The notes under the pieces are model-generated. The model saw only the letters and a program-made list of their open reading frames with translations, did not search any database and was not told the DNA's origin. Positions 10,601-17,413 of a stretch of 64,000 nucleotides of DNA are shown in pieces (the stretch's first letter is position 1; each line of letters starts with the position of its first letter). The position numbers and the translations under genes are program-made. The stretch is from Phenylobacterium sp. (GTDB taxonomy: Bacteria > Pseudomonadota > Alphaproteobacteria > Caulobacterales > Caulobacteraceae): NCBI RefSeq assembly GCF_037968635.1, contig NZ_JBBKVV010000104.1, positions 86 through 64,085 on the forward strand, read 5' to 3'.

Positions 10601-10714
10601 ACCGTTCTTCTGCGCCAGCTTGTCGGACCAGACTGCCCGGAACAGCGCCAAGCACAAATCCTCGAAGGCCTGCCAGTGCTTTGGTGGCGGGATCTGCTTT
10701 TCCCGGGCGTCCAT
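7649..10714 (-). CDS. PD-(D/E)xK (Mrr/Cap4-like) nuclease fused to STAND-type P-loop NTPase and long helical C-terminus; putative NLR/Avs-like defence protein
   Basis: N-term 'WQAFEDLC...GRGGQAQAGVDVWG...GVQCK'; Walker A 'GQPGAGKS'; Walker B 'LCLIDDAH'; 1021 aa. Confidence 0.75.
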   Translation of the reverse strand: MDAREKQIPPPKHWQAFEDLCLALFRAVWSDKLAQKNGRGGQAQAGVDVWGAPAGRDETFFGVQCKGKDGTYGTRATIAEVRRELAKAETFAPELSHWTFATTAPADAKLQEALREISAARVAGGAFPVRILGWEDICGLLVAHPQVLDQFYGELGLDLSALAPALKAVSADEIRGLREDIKHLAQAPSPAPTHAYWRRVTFAQSRDLGPALMGRGLGPSDVLACPTLPEANAAVADLRRAYSSRLEGQPGAGKSVCAWQAAKAFADDGWKVFQMTDPRAPVIDWPPAAGKVLCLIDDAHLTAPHLLALAESETRQDRLLLSTHNALGHGGAGRGAIVMDPKRAVQVIAAELRRDRAATLAAVRSADSRIGDKPFEESLDRRLDFAETHAELPWQFCFILGGGEARASDAARAARAKGADLVLAAAAMCQLASRDARPERAEFEVLLAVAGLQTGTIDNAIDWLVDERLLLGPSDLRTPHQRFASVAIRRIMALQEGEERQAFSRLLDATLGDPVHPLAGLRLFLDEMRQVRWDNQWLYEMDPEVEKRLVARCWAAKDPEERTFASLILVELHYLNQTPFEILLADGLELLPRWIEAPLEPMGYGVRRLINAMRDSSAIVEALFEAADPEKAAASVSAAAPQSAYHLGEYISFTGNAWPEAWKARFSAAVDREALKRLGREWPQDVWIGAYSNLTKSTGWFDEDLGLDMVEAVTPMAVTLLKASPVDTFHQLDDIAHQTLRILDILGAYTGKYAPRARHKALAARLCEGFEPAVLAGQLSATETRNFQQAGYLLLFLSKAAPKIYEATVLALDWKQLGNTIGEDWSHLFREAEHLLGICCRGKRPLAAIRAVIGERADEINVMPARLAVIAPKVALQHLEAGRAIEFGHHWSFTFGVLGYVAQDRRELFGPAYACAKKNLVKALTEGPAKDEPHFVSVVRLVRTIAPETFDATLAELDLAKLEPNLRKGLKAGGTPRRAAALLVETALTRKDGLGDLARRLRQSYPGTSKPKAKDLEPYEP

Positions 10715-10871
10715 GGTCTAGGCGTCTCCTCCCGCGGCGACTCAGCCTGCGGTGCCCGGCATCTTGGCAAGCTCAGAGGTTTTCGTCCCAAACGGCCGGC
10801 GCGGCGCTTCAACGGCTAGACCCTTTCAGACGCTGAAGCAGTGAACCCAACCGGACCCAAGCCAACGGGAA

Positions 10872-11138
10872 CTAGAACTGGATGCGGCCGTGGCCGGCGA
10901 CGCCATTGAGCTGTGTCATGAGGAAGCTCAAATCCCCGTCCAAGCCACGAACAAGGACGCCTTCGAATTGAGGTTCATAATGCGCCGCTGGCCCAATGGT
11001 GTGGCCAGGAAATTCGCTCTCTCGGCGGAAGGTCGCGAAGTCCTCGGCGTTGAGGGCAAAGCGATGCGGTGTGTCATGCTCACACCCTCCACATCTATGG
11101 CGATCCGTTGGCGTGCAGCAATGTCGGCTCTGGCTCAA
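10872..11138 (-). CDS. Small hypothetical protein, possibly frameshifted at its 5' end
   Basis: The C-terminal ~65 aa look protein-like. The best RBS+ATG (GGAGG...ATG at 11077) is out of frame with them. Confidence 0.3.
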   Translation of the reverse strand: MSQSRHCCTPTDRHRCGGCEHDTPHRFALNAEDFATFRRESEFPGHTIGPAAHYEPQFEGVLVRGLDGDLSFLMTQLNGVAGHGRIQF

Positions 11139-11290
11139 TCAACGGCGTCTAGATCAGGTTTCGAGACGCGCCTTGCACCGGTTTTCGCTCAGCTTTAGCG
11201 TTGGGCGGGATGCTACGCGGCAGCGTGGGCCGCTCGCGGGCAACGACTAGATCGCGACCGCCCGCCGACCTCGTAATCAAAAGGATCGCC

Positions 11291-13033
11291 GTGCGGATCG
11301 TCAGGGTCGAAATCCAGAACTACCGCGGCATTGGGACGCTCGACTGGCAGCCCTCGCCTGGCATGAACTGCCTGATTGGGCCTGGCGATTCCACCAAGAC
11401 CACAATCCTCGATGCGATCGAGCTGGCCCTCAATCCCCGGTCAAACTATCTGGGCGATGACACCGACTTCCACGATCTCAACTTCGATCTCCCCGTCAGG
11501 GTGACGGTGACTCTGGTCGGCATTCCGGCCGAGTTCTGCATCGATACGCGCTACGGGCTGCATCTGCGCGGCTGGGACGAGACGGCCGCGAAGCTCGTTG
11601 ACGAACCGGGCGATGGGCTGATGGAGGCGTTGTCGGTTCGGGTCGAGATTGATCCATCGACCCTCGAAGGGCGCTGGGCGATCTATAATGATCGCTTGGC
11701 CGAGGACGGCGATCCGCCGTCCTTGCGCTACAAGGATGCGCAGCAGCTGGCGACGACGCGGCTGGGTCCGTACGCCGAGCGGCATCTGGGCTGGGGCCGA
11801 CAATCGATCCTCAATCGCATCGGCGAAGGCGGGCGGATGAGCGAGCAGCTGGCCAGCGCCAGCCGCGCCGCCCGCGCGGCGTTCAAGACCAGCAATAAGG
11901 ACGTGTTCGCCATCCCCACAGCTCGTGCCGAGAAGTTGGGCAAGCACTTCTCGGTCCGGGTTCGGCAGGCCTTTACCGCCGAACTCGATGTCCAAGGCTC
12001 GGCGATCACCTCCGGCGGCGTCGTTCTCCATGACGGCGACCTGCCGCTCCGCACCTTGGGCACCGGGTCTTCGCGGTTGATCGTCTCGGCCCTGCAGCAC
12101 AATGCCGGCGGGTCTCATATCGCCCTGGTCGATGAGATCGAACATGGCCTTGAGCCACACCGCATCGCCCGGCTGCTGAAATATCTCCGCAACCCGCCGG
12201 CGCTGGAGGATGAGGCCGCCAAGGCTGGCACCGCCGCGCCGCAGACCTTCCTGACCACCCATTCCAACGTCGTGATCCGCGAACTCGACGCAGGCGACAT
12301 CCACGCCGTTCGCTCCCATGAGGGCCGAACCCAGGTGCGGTCAGTTGAACAGGCCGCCGCGACCCCGGACATCGCCCAGCGCCAGCTGCGCGCGTCGCCC
12401 GAAGCCTTCCTGGCGAGGCGCATCCTGGTCGGCGAGGGCCGGACGGAATGTGGCCTGTTGCGCGGTCTGGACGCTTGCTGGATCGCGGACGGCAGAGACT
12501 CCTTCGCGCTCCGCGGCGTGGTGGCGATCGACGGCGGCGGCGTCCCTAACGCCGTGACCCTGACCCAGTCCCTGCTCGATTTGGGATACGAGTGCTTGGC
12601 CCTGCTCGACTCCGACAAACCGCCGTCTCAAGAATCCGTGGCCAAGGTCGAAGCGGTTGGCGGCGTGGTCTTGGAATGGGGAGACGACTGCTCGACCGAA
12701 GAGCGCCTCTTCCGTGATGTCCCGTGGGCGACGGTGGACGCTTTGGTGGGGCTGGCAATCCAGTGCAACACCGAAGACAGCGTGCTGGCGACCCTTCGGG
12801 CGACCTGCAAGTCCATGAAGCTCGCCGAACCGGTGGATCTGAGCCTTCCGGTCAGCCTCGATACACCTCAAGTCCGCGCCGCGCTTGGTCTCACCGCGCG
12901 CGAGAAGTCCTGGTTCAAGACCATTCCGCGCGGCGAACGGCTCGCGGCGCTGGTGTATCCGTGCCTGAAGCACATCCCGGCCACACCCTTGGCCAAGCAT
13001 CTGTCTCATCTGCGCGCGTGGGTCGATGGCTGA
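11291..13033 (+). CDS. gajA: OLD-family ATP-dependent endonuclease (ABC ATPase + TOPRIM), GajA-like
   Basis: 'MRIVRVEIQNYRGI', Walker A-like 'GPGDSTKT', signature 'LGTGSSR', Walker B 'LVDEIEHGLEP', H-loop 'LTTHS', TOPRIM 'VGEGRTE...LLDSD'. GTG start at 11291. Confidence 0.85.
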   Translation: MRIVRVEIQNYRGIGTLDWQPSPGMNCLIGPGDSTKTTILDAIELALNPRSNYLGDDTDFHDLNFDLPVRVTVTLVGIPAEFCIDTRYGLHLRGWDETAAKLVDEPGDGLMEALSVRVEIDPSTLEGRWAIYNDRLAEDGDPPSLRYKDAQQLATTRLGPYAERHLGWGRQSILNRIGEGGRMSEQLASASRAARAAFKTSNKDVFAIPTARAEKLGKHFSVRVRQAFTAELDVQGSAITSGGVVLHDGDLPLRTLGTGSSRLIVSALQHNAGGSHIALVDEIEHGLEPHRIARLLKYLRNPPALEDEAAKAGTAAPQTFLTTHSNVVIRELDAGDIHAVRSHEGRTQVRSVEQAAATPDIAQRQLRASPEAFLARRILVGEGRTECGLLRGLDACWIADGRDSFALRGVVAIDGGGVPNAVTLTQSLLDLGYECLALLDSDKPPSQESVAKVEAVGGVVLEWGDDCSTEERLFRDVPWATVDALVGLAIQCNTEDSVLATLRATCKSMKLAEPVDLSLPVSLDTPQVRAALGLTAREKSWFKTIPRGERLAALVYPCLKHIPATPLAKHLSHLRAWVDG

Positions 13034-14471
13034 TCCGCACGTTGACGACCTGGCCGCCAGGATCTGCAGGGTACAGGCCGGGTCGATCGTGGCGGCGGCC
13101 GGCTGCGGCAAGACGGAGCAGATCGTCAACGCCACCGTCCTGAGCCAGGGACGGCGGCTCATCCTCACCCACACCCACGCCGGGGTCGACGCCCTGCGCA
13201 AGCGTATGCGGGAGAAAGGGGTGTCGACCAGCCAGTACGCCATCGACACCATCGCGGGCTGGTGCCTGCGCTACGCGGCCGCCTATCCGCGCCGGTCCGG
13301 GCTGAAAGTGGCCACGCCCAAGGGTGATCAAGACTGGACAGCGGTCTATGCTGGGGCGATCGCGTTGCTGGAGAGCGGTGCTGTCACCCAGGTTTTGAAG
13401 GTCTCCTACTGCGGTGTGTTCGTCGACGAGTACCAGGACTGCGGCGGCGCTCAGCATCAGGTCTTCGCGGCTCTGTCGAAAGTGCTGCCCGTCTGCGTGT
13501 TCGGTGATCCCCTGCAGGCGATCTTTGATTTTGGGCAGACGCCCGTCGATTGGCGCGGCGAGGTGTTTGCGCGGTTTCCCCAGCTTTCGACCCTGACCAA
13601 ACCCTGGCGATGGCATCGGCATGGAAACGCCGAGATGGCCAATTGGCTAGAAACGGTGCGCCCCGTCCTCGAGGCTGGACGCCCGCTGGATCTTGCGGCC
13701 CGACCCGCTTGCGTGACCTGGGAATGGTTGCCTGACCAGGACGGGCCACGCCAATCAAAAATTGTCTCCACCTGCCTCAAGGCGATGAAAGGCGAGGGAA
13801 ACCTGGTGGTGATCGCCGATCCGGCCAACCTCAATGGACGGGCGTTGATCGCCAAGAAGCTCGGCCGACAGGGCTTTTCCAACATCGAGCCCATCGAGTG
13901 CAAGACGGTGTATGCCGCGGCCAAGAGGCTGGCGGCGACCTCGGGGCCAAGGCGCCTGGTCGCGCTCCTGGCGTTCCTCGAGCAATGCATGTCCGGCGTC
14001 GCGAAGGGTGAGTTTCTCAAGGCCGTCGCGTCGCGCAAGGCTGGCGGCAAGCTCGGTAGCGCCAAGTTCGGGGACCTTGTCGAGCTTGGCGTGGCCTTCG
14101 ACCATGGTGCGGATGATGAGGTCTGTCTGGCCTTGGTCGATGGGTTCGCCGCCCAGGCGATGACGGTCGTCTTCCGCCGTGAAATGCTATATTCAATGCG
14201 TTCGGCGCTGAGGATGAAGGTGGCGGGCGATGCCGCAGATCTGTCGGAAGCCTTGTGGCACGTGCAGACGAAGATCCGACACGCGGGTCGGCAGATCCCC
14301 TACTATAGCGTCGGCAGCACGCTCCTGGTGAAGGGGTTGGAGTTTGCCAACGTCGTGGTCATCCACTCGACGAACATGAACAACAAGGACTGGTACGTCG
14401 CCTTGACGCGGGCGACCCACCGGCTGACGATCCTGTCGCCGAAAGCGGTGATCGCTCCAGGGTTCGCGTGA
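13026..14471 (+). CDS. gajB: UvrD/Rep-like SF1 helicase, GajB-like
   Basis: 'AAAGCGKT', 'FVDEYQD', 'FGDPLQAIF', 'VKGLEF', 'YVALTRA'. Overlaps the gajA stop by 8 bp. Confidence 0.85.
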   Translation: MADPHVDDLAARICRVQAGSIVAAAGCGKTEQIVNATVLSQGRRLILTHTHAGVDALRKRMREKGVSTSQYAIDTIAGWCLRYAAAYPRRSGLKVATPKGDQDWTAVYAGAIALLESGAVTQVLKVSYCGVFVDEYQDCGGAQHQVFAALSKVLPVCVFGDPLQAIFDFGQTPVDWRGEVFARFPQLSTLTKPWRWHRHGNAEMANWLETVRPVLEAGRPLDLAARPACVTWEWLPDQDGPRQSKIVSTCLKAMKGEGNLVVIADPANLNGRALIAKKLGRQGFSNIEPIECKTVYAAAKRLAATSGPRRLVALLAFLEQCMSGVAKGEFLKAVASRKAGGKLGSAKFGDLVELGVAFDHGADDEVCLALVDGFAAQAMTVVFRREMLYSMRSALRMKVAGDAADLSEALWHVQTKIRHAGRQIPYYSVGSTLLVKGLEFANVVVIHSTNMNNKDWYVALTRATHRLTILSPKAVIAPGFA

Positions 14472-14505
14472 GCACTTGGCCCATGCGCCTCGAGACCGTG
14501 AGCGC

Positions 14506-15048
14506 CTAGATCTTGGACGACGCCTTCCAGGCGGCGACGAAACTGGGCGTCAGCTCGGCGAGACGGTCTAGGAGAACCTCCAAGGTCATCGGTGGATTCT
14601 TTAGCCGGGCGACCTGCGCGGTCAGAGCGACCGCCAGGGCTTGAGGCGTCTTTTCCAGCAACAGGCAGAGAAAGTCGTCCGGGCTAATGGCGGTCACGCC
14701 GGGCGGCAGCTTGGCGAAGTCCTTAAGGTTGCTGGTGACGATCAGGCTGGCCCCGCCCTGGACCGCGCACGCCGCGACGTGGCGGTCCTTGACGTGGTTG
14801 GGCATGGTGAGGATCAGGGGCTCGTGGCCCTCGACGAAGGCGTCCTCGAACTGAAGATCAAGGGTCGCGCGAAGACGTTTGGCCTTGGGGGCGGTCAGGC
14901 GGCCGTCCGCCACCAGGTTGCGGGTAGCTTCCTCGACGATGAACACGCTCCAGCGCGGCTGAAAACAGCCGGCCGCCGCCGCCGACAGAAGGGTGTCGCG
15001 CAGGGGCAACGGATAAAGGACATCGGCGTCGAGGACAGCGACGATCAC
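14506..15048 (-). CDS. PIN domain protein (PIN_3-like VapC ribonuclease toxin)
   Basis: 'VAVLDADVLY', 'IVEEATRNL', 'KDRHVAACA', 'IVTSNLKDF', 'SPDDFL'. Confidence 0.9.
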   Translation of the reverse strand: MIVAVLDADVLYPLPLRDTLLSAAAAGCFQPRWSVFIVEEATRNLVADGRLTAPKAKRLRATLDLQFEDAFVEGHEPLILTMPNHVKDRHVAACAVQGGASLIVTSNLKDFAKLPPGVTAISPDDFLCLLLEKTPQALAVALTAQVARLKNPPMTLEVLLDRLAELTPSFVAAWKASSKI

Positions 15049-15785
15049 TGGGGTTTGGCCTTTCGGATCAGCGGCCGACGGCCACCAGGCTTCAGGGCCG
15101 TTTCGGAGGGCTTGGACAGGAGCTCTTCGGCGGTCGCGGCGGACTTGGGCCCGGTCTTGGCCTTCTGCGGGTTGGCGAGCATCTGGGCGAGCTTGGACTT
15201 CGGCGCGGGCTTGGCCGTCTTGGGCTCGCGCGAGGCCCGTAGGCTGGCGGCCACGTCGGTGGCACCCAGCTCCTGCGCGCGTTCCACGAAGGCATTGTAG
15301 GTCGCCGCCTGCAGGCCGGCGGCCTTTAGTTTCAAGGCCGGGTCGCCGCTCGGATCAGTCTTGGCCTGGTAGAGCGAGACGATGACCGCGTGCGGGTTGG
15401 GCAGGAAGGCCAGGCCCATGGCGTGCGCCCCGCTGGGCGCGACCTCGACGAAGCCGAGATCGACCAGGCGACGCAGGCGATCCTGGAAGGTTCGGGGCCC
15501 GCGCTGTCCGGCGAACCCAGCCGCGAAGGCCAGGTCCGGCATGCGGCCCAGGCGCACGAAGGCGTTGTCCCAGGTCGCGCACCACAAGGCGACATAGGTG
15601 TCCGACAACGGCTGGCCCTTGGACAGCTCGTCCAGGATCCGGCAGATATAGGGCATGGTCTTGGGCATGGTGGTGAAGCCATGGAAGCGGTTGCGATCCC
15701 ACATCCGCGCCTCGGCGTCAGGGAACAGACTGTCGCGCAGCTCGACGTCGCGATCGCGGATGGCCTTGCCTTTCACGCTCGGCAT
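15045..15785 (-). CDS. Hypothetical protein with probable winged-HTH core and Lys/Pro/Ala-rich tail
   Basis: AAAGGAG RBS before ATG 15785; 'LAFAAGFAGQRGPRTFQDRLRRLVDLGFVEV' is wHTH-like; its stop overlaps the PIN start (GTGA). Confidence 0.7.
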   Translation of the reverse strand: MPSVKGKAIRDRDVELRDSLFPDAEARMWDRNRFHGFTTMPKTMPYICRILDELSKGQPLSDTYVALWCATWDNAFVRLGRMPDLAFAAGFAGQRGPRTFQDRLRRLVDLGFVEVAPSGAHAMGLAFLPNPHAVIVSLYQAKTDPSGDPALKLKAAGLQAATYNAFVERAQELGATDVAASLRASREPKTAKPAPKSKLAQMLANPQKAKTGPKSAATAEELLSKPSETALKPGGRRPLIRKAKPQ

Positions 15786-16101
15786 GGGAGGGCTCCTTTG
15801 AGGCGGACATAAATTCCGCTGATTGGTAGGCTTATAGAATGAAACATCAATAGAGTCAGCGACGTAGATATGCACTCAGCCCATTTAACCTGGCGCATTG
15901 ATGTCAGAAGTGATTGCGAGCTTGTCACATCAAGGGCAACTCGAATGGTGGCCTGGCTTGTTTGTGCCTATCGGGTCGCGTAAGCTACTGATCTAGCACG
16001 GGTAATAGTCTATCCCGATGTGCTGGCGGTGATCGGGTGCTCGGCTGTGCTGACCATGTGCTCCCGGTGCTGACTGGGGGATCGGCCAAGGGGGAGCCTT
16101 G

Positions 16102-16119
16102 GTTGCGTTTGTAGCGTTT
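16102..16119. promoter_or_regulatory. Tandem 9-bp repeat, candidate operator upstream of the excisionase-like HTH gene
   Basis: GTTGCGTTT/GTAGCGTTT directly upstream of ATG 16135, in the divergent intergenic region. Confidence 0.35.
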
Positions 16120-16134
16120 ATACCGCACCTGACG

Positions 16135-16647
16135 ATGATGACCCGCACGACTGCCTCCAGAAAGATCGACAAGCTGGCTCGCCACGCGGTGCCGGCGGTG
16201 CTGTCGTTCGACGATCGCCAGATGGCTGCGCAGCTGTCGGACCTGTTGTTGGGCGCGGCTGGCGGGCCTGGCCGGCTGTGCCTAGCGCGCGGCGATGGCT
16301 ATTCAATCGCACTGTCTCCCGCCTTGGTGAGTGTCCTAGAAACGGTCGCGGAAATGGTGACGGGCGGCGCCAGTGTCACCGTCCTGCCCAGCCACACCGA
16401 GCTGACGACCCAAGAGGCGGCCGACACGCTCAATGTGTCGCGCCAGTACCTCGTGCGCCTGATCGATCGCGGCGACCTGCCCTCCCACAAGGTTGGCGCT
16501 CACCGCCGGGTGCGCGCCGAGGACCTTGCCGCCTATCGTCACCGCCGCGACCAGGCGCGCCGCGAGGCCTTGGATGTTCTGGCCGCCGACGCGCAGGACG
16601 CGGGCGGCTATGACGCGCCGATGAATTTTGGGCCGCGTCGGCGCTGA
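16135..16647 (+). CDS. Excisionase-family (HTH_17/MerR-like) DNA-binding protein, typical PIN_3 antitoxin partner
   Basis: 'LTTQEAADTLNVSRQYLVRLIDRGDLPSHKVGAHRRVRAEDLAAY'. Start 16135 or 16138. Confidence 0.88.
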   Translation: MMTRTTASRKIDKLARHAVPAVLSFDDRQMAAQLSDLLLGAAGGPGRLCLARGDGYSIALSPALVSVLETVAEMVTGGASVTVLPSHTELTTQEAADTLNVSRQYLVRLIDRGDLPSHKVGAHRRVRAEDLAAYRHRRDQARREALDVLAADAQDAGGYDAPMNFGPRRR

Positions 16648-17303
16648 ACGGTGGGTTGCAGTTTCAGGCCCGCTCGGAGAACCAATCGAAGGCGGTGATC
16701 CGGCGGGGAGAGAGACCGTATCGTAGCCGTAGATCTCTTGGGCAAGGCGGGCCAGTTCGGTTTCGCAGTCGGCCTCGGCGAGGTCGATGAACCAGGCCTT
16801 GGGGCGTGCGGCCTTGTGCCGCTCCAGCGATAGCCGCGCGCCCTGAGGCGGTCATTCATCCCGAACGGCGAACCCTCGGCGACGACGCGTCAGGTTGGGC
16901 TAAGCGCCGCGTTCAACATGCGGGCCAGAGCGGTGCGGCCACTGGGCAGGAGGCTGGTCTGGATCAAGGCTAGGCAATCGTTTTGCGCCCGGCGCCGTCG
17001 AAGAAGCACCCGCACTGACTGGCGAGATATCGCCATTGCCGGGAAGCGGACGTTCCCAAGGTCAGCGATGAGCCCTCAGCGGAAGTTGCGTACCTCAGCG
17101 GCAGCTAGATGGCTGAAGCTGTTGGATACTCCGTCGCAACGTCGGAAACGTAGCGCGGAAATCGCGTGGAATGGGCGCTGATGTGGGATCAGGACGCTTT
17201 CAATCGGCCCCCCTAGGGAGAACGAAAGCGAAAGAGAACCGGAACATGAATGCGCTAGATTTGCACCCCAACCCCGACAATTAGTTGATATTACTCAACA
17301 ATC

Positions 17304-17360
17304 TCACCAGTCCATCATGGGGGCAATGGACAAGCGATGGGGGGAAAACGGCACGGGCAT
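17304..17360 (-). pseudogene. dusA: Truncated 5' end of tRNA-dihydrouridine synthase A left at the island attachment site
   Basis: The minus strand reads ATG...MPVPFSPHRLSIAPMMDW-TGA. (S/V)APMMDW is the conserved DusA N-terminal motif. Confidence 0.85.
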
Positions 17361-17413
17361 TGGGTCTCAGGCGGCGAACGAGGGGAGCCGCGCGGGGGCG
17401 GCTCCCGCCCGCC

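Larger units (their letters stand above)
1..17326. mobile_element. dusA-integrated genomic island / integrative mobilisable element (right part; left end and integrase outside window)
   Basis: Right end marked by a truncated dusA 5' end at 17304-17360. Contains MOBQ relaxase, oriT, T4CP and defence/TA cargo. Housekeeping genes resume immediately after 17414. Confidence 0.8.

Noticed and set aside
16648-17280. Short ORFs 16664-16855 and 16918-17181 at the island end
   Set aside because: Arg-rich, low-information translations with no recognisable family. Treated as non-coding island terminus.
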